Origin: an uncultured bacterium
GTDB lineage: Bacteria > Cyanobacteriota > Vampirovibrionia > Gastranaerophilales > Gastranaerophilaceae
Direction: 5' to 3'
Length of the DNA stretch: 64,000 nucleotides
Assembly: GCA_905216055.1 (NCBI GenBank)
Contig: CAJMSH010000002.1
Coordinates: forward strand, 167,079 to 231,078
Of the stretch, positions 49,212 to 59,278 are shown piece by piece (positions within the stretch are counted from its first letter, which is position 1; every line of letters begins with the position of its first letter). The position numbers were made by a program, and so were the translations under genes. The notes under the pieces are model-generated. The model saw only the letters and a list, made by a program, of their open reading frames with translations. It made no database searches and was not told the origin of the DNA.

Positions 49212-49391
49212 AAAACCCGAACTCTCCTATTTTCTAAAAAATAATATCACAAAACGCACATTCGCGCAATAATTTAAAAAAAAACTAACATATAAAAATT
49301 TTTCACAAATATCATAAATACGGGTAGTTACAAAAAACAAATATTGTGCTAATATATTGATGTAAAAAAATTAGAGAAGGGGATTCTATTA

Positions 49392-49886
49392 ATGAATTTG
49401 AAAAATTTTAAAATTCTTATATTAATACTAGCTATCGCAGCAGGAACAAATATATTTGCAGCTACATCAGGCTATACTATTGTAAGTGCAAACGGAGTTC
49501 AAACACAAAGTTCAACTCCTGCTTATTCAACAGTAAACCCACTTGATATTGTTGCAAGACCAAACTTTTATCTTAATAAAAATGTTAAAATAAAAGCTAA
49601 ATTCGATAAATTTTCAACACTTGGGCTAGACTACAAACCAGCAATGAGAAGCTCTCAGGATTACATCTCATTCTTAATTCAACGTCCGGATGTTACAGAT
49701 CACAACATTCCGCTTTCAGAATTGAAAATATTTATCAAAAGAGCAGAAGCTGAAAAATATATCGACTTGAATTCAGGCGACATCGTAGAATTTAGCGGCA
49801 AAGTATTTTCTAATGCCTTGGGAGATGCTTGGATGGACGCTGAAAAATTCACAGTAATCAGCACTAAGCCAAAAGAAGAGAAATAA
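49392..49886 (+). CDS. Secreted hypothetical protein (164 aa)
   Basis: Signal peptide MNLKNFKILILILAIAAGTNIFA; upstream extended -10 TGCTAATAT. Confidence 0.45.
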   Translation: MNLKNFKILILILAIAAGTNIFAATSGYTIVSANGVQTQSSTPAYSTVNPLDIVARPNFYLNKNVKIKAKFDKFSTLGLDYKPAMRSSQDYISFLIQRPDVTDHNIPLSELKIFIKRAEAEKYIDLNSGDIVEFSGKVFSNALGDAWMDAEKFTVISTKPKEEK

Positions 49887-49918
49887 AAAAACACAATAAT
49901 TTATAACGGAGTTAAGAA

Positions 49919-52420
49919 ATGAGCGATAAAAAAAATGAAGTCTTTTTAACAATACATGGACACTTTTACCAACCTCCAAGAGAAAATCCTTGGCTTGAAG
50001 CAATTGAGCTTCAAGATAGTGCCCTACCTTTCCACGATTGGAATGAAAGAATTAACAAAGAATGCTACAACCCTAACTCCGTTTCTAAAATAGTTGACAG
50101 CAGAAACAGAATTCTTGATGTTGTTAACAACTACGAACACATGAGCTTTAACTTCGGTCCTACGCTTCTTTCTTGGATGGAACATTATGCACCTTTAACT
50201 TATGAAAGAATTATTAAAGCCGATATCGAAAGTATTTCTCAACATAACGGACATGGAAACGCAATAGCTCAAGTTTACAACCATATCATTATGCCTCTTG
50301 CTAATGAAAAGGATAAAGAAACCCAAATAAAATGGGGTATTAGAGATTTTGAATACCGCTTTGGGCGCAAACCTGAAGGAATGTGGCTTGCAGAAACTGC
50401 TGTTGATGATGATACCTTAAGACTTTTAGTCGAAAACGGCATTAAATTTACAATTTTGTCACCATATCAGGCTTTAAAATTCAAAAAAGAAAAAGATAAA
50501 GACTGGACTGATGTAAGCTGGGGCAACATTGATCCTGCACGCTCTTACAAATATAATATTAAATCAGCACCTGGAAAATCAATTGACTTATTCTTCTACG
50601 ACGGTGCAATATCACGCTCTGTTGCTTTTGACGAACTTTTAAAAGACGGTAACAAGTTTATTAAACGTTTAAAAGAAGGGGTATCTGATTTAAGAGATTA
50701 TCCTCAATTAGTTCATATCGCAACAGATGGTGAAAGTTACGGACACCATACAAAATTTGGCGATATGGCTCTTGCATATATTTTAAAAATAAAAGCTAAA
50801 GATGAAGGCTTTACAATCACAAATTACGGTGAATACCTCGAAAAATACAGAAGCGATTGTGAAGTTGATATAAAACAAGCATCAAGCTGGAGTTGTTTCC
50901 ACGGTGTAGGTCGTTGGAAAGAAGACTGCGGATGCTCAACAGGCGGACATCCGGGGTGGAATCAAAAATGGAGAAAACCTTTAAGAGAAGCCTTAGACTA
51001 CCTTAGAGATGAACTTGTTGTCCTTTTTGAACAAGAAGGTGCAAAATATTTCGATAATGTTTGGGAAGTACGTAACAACTATATCAACGTTATTTTAGAC
51101 AGAAACGAAATAAATGTAAAAAAATTCCAACATGATAATTTCAAACCTGATTTATCAGATGAACAAAAAGTTCATGCGATGGAATTGTTGGAAATTCAAC
51201 GACAAGCACTTCTTATGTACACAAGCTGCGGCTGGTTCTTCTCAGAAATTTCAGGGATTGAAACAGTACAAATAATGAAATATGCAGCCAGAGCAATGCA
51301 ACTTGCATCTAAATTTACAACAAAAAATCTTGAAGAAAAATTCTTGAACATTCTTGCAGAAGCAAAAAGTAATATTCCTGAACACGGAACAGGAAAAGAT
51401 ATCTTTGAAAGATTTGTCAAACCATCAATTGTTACAACAAAACAAATTGCAAGTTTATGGGCTTTGTCATCTTTATATGAAGATTTTGAAGATGAAGAAA
51501 GCGTTTATTGCTATACAATTACACGCCACGCATACAAAAAAGTACAAAAAGCCCTATCAACATTTGTTGTCGGACATATTGAAATTCAATCAAAAATTAC
51601 ATTGCAAAAATCAAATGTTATGTTTGCTCTAATGCAATATTCAGGCGGAGATTTCCATTGTTCAATAAAAGAATATTCAGATGATGCTGAATTCAACAGA
51701 ATAAAAACAGATCTTATAAAAACATTCTTGATGAATCCTTTGACTGAAATTATTAGAGCTCTTGATGAATATTTTGGAAAAGAATACTTTACATTAAAAG
51801 ATATATTTATCGAAGAAAGACGTAAAATTTTACAAATTCTTCTTAGAGGTAAACTTGAAAAATTCTCTCAAACATACCAGGAAATGTATGATGAAGGCAA
51901 AGGTTCAATTTACCACTTGCAAGGCTTGGGATTAAAAATTCCTGATGAATTCAAAATTTCAGCAGCTTATGCACTAAGCCACAAATTCAATGATATCGTA
52001 ATACATTCAGACGGCTTTATTGATGATGAACTTATACAACAAGCAGTTGACTTGAATTATGAAGCTAAGAAAATAGATATTCAACTTGATAAATCACCTT
52101 CTAACTTGATATTCGGGAAGAAAATTCTTCAAAATATCAACAGGCTTGTTCACAGTTTTGAAATTCAACAAGCTGATGTTGTATTAGAAATTTTTGATAA
52201 CATTAGAAAATTAGAATTACAAATCGATATTTCTGAAGCCCAAAACACATATTTCACTAAAATTTATCACAGAATAGGTGAAATTCTAGAATCAGAAGAC
52301 TTTAATAAAAAACGTTCTTCAACCAAAAGATTTGTGGAAATGCTTCTTGATATCGGAGAAAACTTGAATATCAATACAGAATTTTACAGAAAAAAATTAG
52401 ATAAATTAATGCTGCAATAA
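49919..52420 (+). CDS. Glycoside hydrolase family 57-like protein with large C-terminal extension
   Basis: 833 aa; N-terminal LTIHGHFYQPPRENPW and ATDGESYGHH motifs typical of the GH57 catalytic domain. Confidence 0.6.
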   Translation: MSDKKNEVFLTIHGHFYQPPRENPWLEAIELQDSALPFHDWNERINKECYNPNSVSKIVDSRNRILDVVNNYEHMSFNFGPTLLSWMEHYAPLTYERIIKADIESISQHNGHGNAIAQVYNHIIMPLANEKDKETQIKWGIRDFEYRFGRKPEGMWLAETAVDDDTLRLLVENGIKFTILSPYQALKFKKEKDKDWTDVSWGNIDPARSYKYNIKSAPGKSIDLFFYDGAISRSVAFDELLKDGNKFIKRLKEGVSDLRDYPQLVHIATDGESYGHHTKFGDMALAYILKIKAKDEGFTITNYGEYLEKYRSDCEVDIKQASSWSCFHGVGRWKEDCGCSTGGHPGWNQKWRKPLREALDYLRDELVVLFEQEGAKYFDNVWEVRNNYINVILDRNEINVKKFQHDNFKPDLSDEQKVHAMELLEIQRQALLMYTSCGWFFSEISGIETVQIMKYAARAMQLASKFTTKNLEEKFLNILAEAKSNIPEHGTGKDIFERFVKPSIVTTKQIASLWALSSLYEDFEDEESVYCYTITRHAYKKVQKALSTFVVGHIEIQSKITLQKSNVMFALMQYSGGDFHCSIKEYSDDAEFNRIKTDLIKTFLMNPLTEIIRALDEYFGKEYFTLKDIFIEERRKILQILLRGKLEKFSQTYQEMYDEGKGSIYHLQGLGLKIPDEFKISAAYALSHKFNDIVIHSDGFIDDELIQQAVDLNYEAKKIDIQLDKSPSNLIFGKKILQNINRLVHSFEIQQADVVLEIFDNIRKLELQIDISEAQNTYFTKIYHRIGEILESEDFNKKRSSTKRFVEMLLDIGENLNINTEFYRKKLDKLMLQ

Positions 52421-52435
52421 TAAAGTTTTAGGATT

Positions 52436-53041
52436 TTACCAATTTTCTGAACCATACTTTTTATAAGCATTAATATTATTCAAAATTTTATTCTCAACAG
52501 AAGATATTTTTTGCAAAGTATCTTTATCATTTGTTCGCATACGCAAAAGTTTGAGTTCAAGCAAATCCTCTTTAGACCGCCTTATTTTTTGCTTAATTTC
52601 TTCTCTTTGCCAAAAGAGCCACCCCTCAAACCCGCATCCCGGCGGAACAATTGACCAAGGAGAAGACGGACAATGCTTACATAAATCTAAACGAGTTTCA
52701 TATCTTGAACACAAATTATCATCCTGAAGATATTTGCAAGTATAAAATGTAATCTCATTTTCATTATATTTTCCATCATCTATCAGGCGATTAATAATGT
52801 TATCAACAATTCCTGCATCGACTTTTCTTGCTTCTTCAATTGAATTAAAAGGAACAAACAGTGATAGAAAATCTTTTGCACCTTTATCACCGGAATTTGC
52901 CATTTCGAGTAATTTTTTATACGGGGTTGAAGTTGTAACGACACGACAGCATTTTCCGCACATGTGGCACAAATGTTGCGGACGTTTATTCAAATAGTTT
53001 TCTTCATAATTACCCATACAAAAATTATAGCTATCATGCAA
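52436..53041 (-). CDS. YkgJ/UPF0153-family Fe-S or zinc-binding protein (CxxCxxCC)
   Basis: 201 aa; CHMCGKCC motif; paralog of the 58493 gene (shared FVPxxSxEEARKV). Confidence 0.55.
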   Translation of the reverse strand: MHDSYNFCMGNYEENYLNKRPQHLCHMCGKCCRVVTTSTPYKKLLEMANSGDKGAKDFLSLFVPFNSIEEARKVDAGIVDNIINRLIDDGKYNENEITFYTCKYLQDDNLCSRYETRLDLCKHCPSSPWSIVPPGCGFEGWLFWQREEIKQKIRRSKEDLLELKLLRMRTNDKDTLQKISSVENKILNNINAYKKYGSENW

Positions 53042-53135
53042 AATATAAAAAATAATGTAACATTTCTTAAAATAAACGCAATAAATTATAACATATTTAC
53101 TTTATTAATATAGTAAGTAGTAAAGGGTAGTTTTT

Positions 53136-54095
53136 ATGCAAAGTTCTGTAGGACAACAAAACATACAACAGCAACCGTTAAAGGCGCAGGTACAAACTGC
53201 ACCACAACAGCATACTCAAAATGTAACTCAAGCGGTACAAACATCTGTACCTCAACAAACTACAATGGCTCAACCGACACAACAATATATGTCGGCACAA
53301 CCTCAATATCAAACATCACCGATTAATTCTCCACAACCACAAAGCCAAAATGTTCAAGTTCCGAATTATTCAGGTGTAAATATACAGATATTTAATCCGA
53401 CAGTAACTCCTCCAGGATCAACTGCTCCGGTATATAATGTTAATGCTCCAAATTATGGAAATACACCTGTTTCAGGCTGTTATCCTTCAAACTATTATAC
53501 AAATGATTGGGGTAAAGGCAACCTTGACGGGCAAAATATAAATAACAATAATGGAAATAATACAACAAATTCAACCAATACAACTAATACAACAGAAAAC
53601 AAAACAACAAATAAAAAGACAGAAAAACGAGAAATAGTACAATTAACAGATGACTATATAAGAAATCTTGAAAATTACTTAAACAGTCAGGATAAAGAAG
53701 TTCGACTAATGGGTGCAAAAGAAGTAATTGCAAGACTTGAAGAAGATCATTCAAGAAAAGATGATAAAGCATTAAATGCCTTAGTAAACAAAATGCTTCA
53801 AGACCCTTCAACTCCTGTAAAAATACTTGCACTTAGCGCACTTGATGCAGGAGTAGTATCAGGCGATGACTATACAGTAGGTCTGTTAAAACAAATGCAA
53901 AATTCAACATCAGGCTACGGACAAGATGCAATGCAAGCAACAAATATCTTACTGAAAATGTCAGGCAAGAAAGTTGAAAAAGAATTTGAAGTAAAAGATA
54001 ACAAAAACAATCAAACACAAACAACTTCAAACTCAACAAAAACAGCAAATACAACTGAAAACAAAGCTGAAACAGCAACAACAGCAGCAAAATAG
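53136..54095 (+). CDS. Q/P/T/N-rich low-complexity protein with HEAT-like repeat core
   Basis: 319 aa; N-terminal Q/P-rich segment, N/T repeats, central KEVRLMGAKEVIARL...VKILALSALDAG HEAT-like repeats. Confidence 0.45.
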   Translation: MQSSVGQQNIQQQPLKAQVQTAPQQHTQNVTQAVQTSVPQQTTMAQPTQQYMSAQPQYQTSPINSPQPQSQNVQVPNYSGVNIQIFNPTVTPPGSTAPVYNVNAPNYGNTPVSGCYPSNYYTNDWGKGNLDGQNINNNNGNNTTNSTNTTNTTENKTTNKKTEKREIVQLTDDYIRNLENYLNSQDKEVRLMGAKEVIARLEEDHSRKDDKALNALVNKMLQDPSTPVKILALSALDAGVVSGDDYTVGLLKQMQNSTSGYGQDAMQATNILLKMSGKKVEKEFEVKDNKNNQTQTTSNSTKTANTTENKAETATTAAK

Positions 54096-54105
54096 TAGGT
54101 AAAGT

Positions 54106-54582
54106 ATGAGTATTAGTACAGCACTAAAATCAGTAAAAAGTAATATTCCAAAATATATATACAAAGGAGCAGGCGTAGCTGCTTTAGGTATAATTGGTTA
54201 TGATGCTCATGTTTTAGGGAAACTTCAATCAGATGTATATTCTAAAACAGGAGATGCAGATGCTTGTATGTCCGCATTCAACAATTCTCAATATTTAACA
54301 AGTCCAAGTATTACAATGTCTAATTTAAAAAAAGGAGTCTTCAACTGGGAAGTTGACAGTAACATACGCCACTTTGTAAATTCAGGCATCGGATACTTTA
54401 AAGGTTTTGGCTCAATGCTTGTTGACAGCGTCATTCCATTAGGTCTTGGTCTTGGTGCACTTTTAGGGAAAGGGAAATGGTCTAAATTTTCAGCTATCGG
54501 TTTAGGCGTATTCGGTGTCGTTAAAATTTTCAAAGACGTATTAGGCTTCGGCCATTATAACGACTTAAACAAGAAATATTAA
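54106..54582 (+). CDS. Gly-rich hypothetical membrane protein (158 aa)
   Basis: ORF 10 nt after the previous gene; hydrophobic G-rich segments. Confidence 0.4.
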   Translation: MSISTALKSVKSNIPKYIYKGAGVAALGIIGYDAHVLGKLQSDVYSKTGDADACMSAFNNSQYLTSPSITMSNLKKGVFNWEVDSNIRHFVNSGIGYFKGFGSMLVDSVIPLGLGLGALLGKGKWSKFSAIGLGVFGVVKIFKDVLGFGHYNDLNKKY

Positions 54583-55274
54583 CCGTCTGAGCTTTCCATA
54601 TAAGCTTTGTACAAATCAGGACGTTTAATTTTGGTTCTTTTAATACTTTCATTTAAACGAAATTCATTTATCTCTTTATGATTGCCATTTAACAAAACTT
54701 CAGGGACCTTCAGACCTCTAAATTCTCTTGGTTTTGTATATTGAGGATATTCAATAAGCCCGTTTGCAAAGCTATCTTCCTCAGCAGATTCAATCTTGCC
54801 AAGCGTACCTTCAAGTTTTCGACTGACTGCATCTATAAGACACAAAGCTGGCAATTCGCCTCCTGTCAAAACAAAATCGCCAATAGAAATTTCTCTTGGC
54901 TTTATTATTTCTCTTATTCTTTCATCAAAACCTTCATAATGACCGCAAAGCATGATTATTTGTTCAAATCCTGCAAGCTCATTTACAATCTTATCTGTCA
55001 AAGGTTCACCCTGTGGAGAAAGCATTACCGTCAATGAATTATCCATCCTTTTTACACTTTCATAAGCATCAACATAAGGCTGAGCCATCAAAACCATACC
55101 TGCCCCGCCTCCGTATGGAGTATCATCAACTTTTTTGTGCTTATCCAATGTAAAATCTCTTGGATTAATTGTATTAACTTTCAAAATTCCGCTTTCAACA
55201 GCACGTTTTAAAATACTATAATTACAACTCTGCTCAATCATTTCAGGGAATAAAGTTAACACATCAAATATCAT
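54579..55274 (-). CDS. trmD: tRNA (guanine37-N1)-methyltransferase
   Basis: 231 aa; MIFDVLTLFPEM N-terminus and SPOUT knot motifs. Confidence 0.95.
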   Translation of the reverse strand: MIFDVLTLFPEMIEQSCNYSILKRAVESGILKVNTINPRDFTLDKHKKVDDTPYGGGAGMVLMAQPYVDAYESVKRMDNSLTVMLSPQGEPLTDKIVNELAGFEQIIMLCGHYEGFDERIREIIKPREISIGDFVLTGGELPALCLIDAVSRKLEGTLGKIESAEEDSFANGLIEYPQYTKPREFRGLKVPEVLLNGNHKEINEFRLNESIKRTKIKRPDLYKAYMESSDG

Positions 55275-55786
55275 TATTCAATCAATCCTTCAATATTGTT
55301 TATTGTAATTTTGCGTTCTTTAATATTTACATCAGTGACAATTGCCTTAACAAACGGAATTAATACAATATTTTTGGAATTTGTTTTAACTGATAACAAA
55401 TCACTCGCCCCATTATTGGAAACCCCAACAACAAAGCCTTGCTTCACACCGTTTTGATCAAAAACTTCAAGGCTCACAAGCTCATCAATTAAAAATTCAT
55501 CTTCCTCTAAAGCCTCTCTTATAGTTGATTCCTCTACATATAAAAAAGCACCTTTATATTCCATCAATTCATTTATTGAATTAATTTCCTTAAATTTCAC
55601 TAGGGCAAAATTTTTGTGTAGCCTTGTACTTTGAATATTTAAAGGCAAATAATCGTGATCTTTTTTAATAAAAACTTTATCAAGTGAGCAGAAAAAATCT
55701 GCCTGATTTTTAGTAAAACCGACTTTAGCTTCGCCTTTTATACCGTGAAAATTCAAAATTTTACCGACTGATACAAACTTTGTCAT
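55274..55786 (-). CDS. rimM: 16S rRNA processing protein RimM
   Basis: 170 aa; GKILNFHGIKGEAKV N-terminus and PRC barrel; TAATG overlap with trmD. Confidence 0.9.
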   Translation of the reverse strand: MTKFVSVGKILNFHGIKGEAKVGFTKNQADFFCSLDKVFIKKDHDYLPLNIQSTRLHKNFALVKFKEINSINELMEYKGAFLYVEESTIREALEEDEFLIDELVSLEVFDQNGVKQGFVVGVSNNGASDLLSVKTNSKNIVLIPFVKAIVTDVNIKERKITINNIEGLIE

Positions 55787-55791
55787 AAATC

Positions 55792-56844
55792 CTAATCCGA
55801 AGTTTCTTCAACCTTTTTTGGTTTTCTTCCTCTTTTAGGTTTAGCAGGTTCTTCAGCAGGTTTTGCATCTTCTGACTTTTTATCTTCTTCAACAACCGGA
55901 GCTTTTTCTTCTTTGTCAGCTTGTTTAGCTTTTTCAGCTTCTTCTTTTTGCTTTTTAAATTCTTCCGGCAAATCAGGTCTATCTTGATTCCATCTTGCTA
56001 ATCCCATTTGAGAGCGGATTAAGCCGATACCAACATGGACTCTCCATTCATCCATTTTTAATTGAGCTGCAATAATTTTGTGGCAACCAATCGGAGGTAA
56101 AGGTAAAAGTGGTTCATATAAATTCTTTATTGCAAAAAGTTGATCCGGAGAAATTGCCAATTTACGTTTAGGGAACGGCAATTTCGGAAGCATCATTTTT
56201 TGTCTTACAAGATTTATACCAAAGAAAACTTTTCTTGGTTCCAAACCGATTTTTTCACCGATTACTTCGTGACAATCAGGGTTTGGCAAAGGAAGCATAG
56301 CTTTATAAAGCTTTTCAATTTGTTCTAATTGCTCCTTACTTACCAAAAGTTGTTTTGGTGCTTTTTTCTGTGGACGTTTATTAAAGTTATTTCTGTTATT
56401 AAATCCACCGCCTTGAGGGCGTCTGTTGTTGTTAAATCCCGGTCTTTGGCTTCTGTTATTGTTATAACCGCCTTGACCTCTGTTATTATAACCTGAGCGA
56501 TTATAACCGCCTTGATTTCTGTTATAACTTGGTCGGTTATTGTTGTAATTATTTCTGCTATAACCGCCTTGATTGTTATAAGGTCTTGGATTTCTGTTAT
56601 ATCTTTGCGGTTCAGGATCTCCGCCTGCGCTATAGTATCGTGGAGCTTCTTCTGTTCCACCTGCGCTGTAACCGTTTAAAGGTTGTTCTTTAGCAGGAGT
56701 TGAAGCCTGACTTATTGTTTCATCAGTTGATGAATGTGACAACATCATTTTTTTATCCGGATACAAACAATCTGGACAAATAACTCTTTTGGGGTTTTTA
56801 GTTTCAAATTCACGACCGCATTTGATACACTTGTTTACATACAT
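55792..56844 (-). CDS. Zinc-ribbon protein with RGG/N-rich disordered region, tandem duplicated ~50-aa domain and K/E-rich tail
   Basis: 350 aa; CIKCG...CPDC zinc ribbon; GGY/NR repeats; two homologous units ...LYKAMLPLPNPDCHEVIG... and ...LYEPLLPLPPIGCHKIIA...; 5 nt upstream of rimM. Confidence 0.5.
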   Translation of the reverse strand: MYVNKCIKCGREFETKNPKRVICPDCLYPDKKMMLSHSSTDETISQASTPAKEQPLNGYSAGGTEEAPRYYSAGGDPEPQRYNRNPRPYNNQGGYSRNNYNNNRPSYNRNQGGYNRSGYNNRGQGGYNNNRSQRPGFNNNRRPQGGGFNNRNNFNKRPQKKAPKQLLVSKEQLEQIEKLYKAMLPLPNPDCHEVIGEKIGLEPRKVFFGINLVRQKMMLPKLPFPKRKLAISPDQLFAIKNLYEPLLPLPPIGCHKIIAAQLKMDEWRVHVGIGLIRSQMGLARWNQDRPDLPEEFKKQKEEAEKAKQADKEEKAPVVEEDKKSEDAKPAEEPAKPKRGRKPKKVEETSD

Positions 56845-56990
56845 AATGAAAGCCTCTTAATTAAAAAAATAATAACGTAATTCCGGGTTAATAAAGTAAA
56901 AAATTTCTCCTCAGTAAAAATATATATTTTCTAACTCTATATCAATGTTTACATTATAACATGCTTTATAATTTTTTGCAACATGCCAAC

Positions 56991-57428
56991 TTATTTTTCA
57001 AGCCAAAATGTAACAGGACCATCGTTGACAAGCTCTACATCCATCATTGCGCGAAATTTTCCTGTTTCGACTTTTATGTTTTGTTCTTTCAGATATTTAA
57101 TAAAATATTCATATAAGTCAACAGCATCTTGTGGAGAAGCAGCTTTATCAAAAGATGGGCGGGTACCTTTTTTACAATCACCGCATAGCGTAAATTGAGA
57201 AACTACAAGGAGTTCGCCATTTACATCTTTTACGGATAAATTCATTTTTTCATTTTCATCTTCAAATATACGCAGTTTCAAAATTTTATCAGCCAATTTT
57301 TCTGCATTAACTTTTTCATCTTCCTTTTCCACACCGAGAAAAATAAGAATTCCTTTGTTTATAGACGAATATAATTTTCCTGAAATACTTACAGATGCTC
57401 TTTTTACTCTTTGAATTAATGCTTTCAA
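56991..57428 (-). CDS. dtd: D-aminoacyl-tRNA deacylase
   Basis: 145 aa; MKALIQRV N-terminus, SQFTL motif. Confidence 0.9.
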   Translation of the reverse strand: MKALIQRVKRASVSISGKLYSSINKGILIFLGVEKEDEKVNAEKLADKILKLRIFEDENEKMNLSVKDVNGELLVVSQFTLCGDCKKGTRPSFDKAASPQDAVDLYEYFIKYLKEQNIKVETGKFRAMMDVELVNDGPVTFWLEK

Positions 57429-57433
57429 TTTTG

Positions 57434-58453
57434 TTAATTAACCTTTCCTCTTAATTGTCCGCAAGCCGCATCAATATCAGCTCCGCGTTCCAATCTTACA
57501 GTAACCTTTTTACCTGATTGTTCCAAAAGTGATTTAAAACGCATTATTGAATTACCTGAAGGCTTTTTATAATCATTTTTCTCTGTCGGATTATATGGAA
57601 TTAAATTTATATTACATTTCAAATCGTGCAAATACGCAACCAATTCTTTTGCACTTTGCAACGTATCATTCAAATCTTTTATCAAAAGATATTCAATTGT
57701 AATTCTTCTTCCTGTCTTTTCAATATATCTTTTCAAAACCTTTTTAAGTTCAGCCATAGGATATTTATTTTCAATAGGCATTAATTGTTTTCTGATTTCA
57801 TGGTTTGGCGCATGCAAAGAAATTGCAAGAGTTGATTGCATATCCTCATTTGCAAGTCTTTCAATTCCGGGGATTATTCCGGATGTAGATACTGTCAATC
57901 GTCTTGCACCTATTTGAAAATTTTCATTAAATATTTCCATAGCCTTTAAGACATTATCAAGATTTAAAAGCGGCTCGCCTTGCCCCATAAAAACAACATT
58001 GGTAACCTTCAATCCTGTATCACGTTGAATCATCAACACTTGTTCAATAATTTCTTTATAAGTTAAATTTCTTATAAAACCGCGCTTTCCTGTTGCGCAA
58101 AAAGAACAATTAACGGCACAACCAACCTGAGAGCTTACACAAGCCGTTAAATTTGCACGATTATCAAAACGCATCAATACAGTTTCAACACACTCTCCAT
58201 CAGGGTATTCAAGAAGATATTTCAACGTTCCGTCACTGCTTTCTTGCTTAACCTTTATTTTTGTATCCGTAACAGTTGCTACTTTTTTTAATTCTTCCCT
58301 GAATTTTACGGATAAATCAGTCATTTCATCAATACTTTTAACCGATTTTAAATAAATCCAATTATGAATTTGACGCGCTCTGAACTTTGAAGCTTTTAAT
58401 TCGTCTGTAATTTTTTCTATTTCTTGTAAATTTAAACCTGATAAAGTAATCAT
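57434..58453 (-). CDS. rlmN: Radical SAM 23S rRNA/tRNA methyltransferase RlmN (RlmN/Cfr family)
   Basis: 339 aa; CVSSQVGCAVNCSFCATG radical SAM motif and C-terminal conserved Cys. Confidence 0.85.
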   Translation of the reverse strand: MITLSGLNLQEIEKITDELKASKFRARQIHNWIYLKSVKSIDEMTDLSVKFREELKKVATVTDTKIKVKQESSDGTLKYLLEYPDGECVETVLMRFDNRANLTACVSSQVGCAVNCSFCATGKRGFIRNLTYKEIIEQVLMIQRDTGLKVTNVVFMGQGEPLLNLDNVLKAMEIFNENFQIGARRLTVSTSGIIPGIERLANEDMQSTLAISLHAPNHEIRKQLMPIENKYPMAELKKVLKRYIEKTGRRITIEYLLIKDLNDTLQSAKELVAYLHDLKCNINLIPYNPTEKNDYKKPSGNSIMRFKSLLEQSGKKVTVRLERGADIDAACGQLRGKVN

Positions 58454-58492
58454 AATCTTTTTAACTTAAACTTTCTCCTGACGCAAAGATTT

Positions 58493-59173
58493 TTAATTCT
58501 TTGAAACAGGTATTTTTTGTTTATAATAATCTATTATTTCAACCATTGCATGAAGCATCATAGCAACAGGTTCAGCAAGTTTTCGCCACTCATAATATCC
58601 GCAGGATTTCGGCAAAATGCTCAAAGGATTGTCAGGGAAATCCCTGCATATTTGAGGACGATTTTCATAATCCGAACATCTTTTGCAATCATTTAGTTTT
58701 GGACAATGATAAAAATAAACTTCTTCATCTACACTACTATCCAAAAGCTCAATATATTGAGGATAAACTTTTCTTGCTTCTTCCTTTGACTTATAAGGGA
58801 CAAATATTCCTGTAAATTGTGTTGCAAATTTATCACCATTTTTTGCTCTTTTCGTTAATTCATCATAAGAAAATTCAGAACAAGCCAAATTACAGCAAGT
58901 AGCGCAACCATTGCAGGAATAATTTTCTCTCAATTTCAATATTTCATTCCATTTTCGATAAATTTCATGAGAAATATCTTTTTCAAACATATCTAAAACG
59001 GCATACTGCCATTTTTGCCCTTCGGAACCTTTTTCATAACTGTCAAAAATATCCCCCTCAATCCCTTCAGGTTTTATTTTATCAACACGATCTTTTATAG
59101 CATCTGAAGATTTGAGAAAAATTTCTCGATACATCTGCTTCATATTATTAACAGTATCTTTTAAGCTATCCAT
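58493..59173 (-). CDS. YkgJ/UPF0153-family protein, paralog
   Basis: 226 aa; CNGCATCC motif and shared FVPYKSKEEARKV block with the 52436 gene. Confidence 0.55.
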   Translation of the reverse strand: MDSLKDTVNNMKQMYREIFLKSSDAIKDRVDKIKPEGIEGDIFDSYEKGSEGQKWQYAVLDMFEKDISHEIYRKWNEILKLRENYSCNGCATCCNLACSEFSYDELTKRAKNGDKFATQFTGIFVPYKSKEEARKVYPQYIELLDSSVDEEVYFYHCPKLNDCKRCSDYENRPQICRDFPDNPLSILPKSCGYYEWRKLAEPVAMMLHAMVEIIDYYKQKIPVSKN

Positions 59174-59278
59174 AGCTATATGATATCATAAATTTTTAAG
59201 GATTGTAAAAATTTTCCATAAAATATAAAAAAATTTTATTTTTCAATTTAAAATGTGTATGCGAAAAGGAGATTTTTT

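Noticed and set aside
53584-54090. Two Leu-rich minus-strand ORFs (82 and 85 aa).
   Set aside because: They are antisense to the Q/T/N-rich gene, a compositional artefact.
56340-56660. 106-aa ORF rich in ITE/KAV repeats inside the RGG-protein gene.
   Set aside because: It is an alternative-frame artefact of the repetitive GGY/NR codon region, on the same strand but in a different frame from the supported 350-aa protein.
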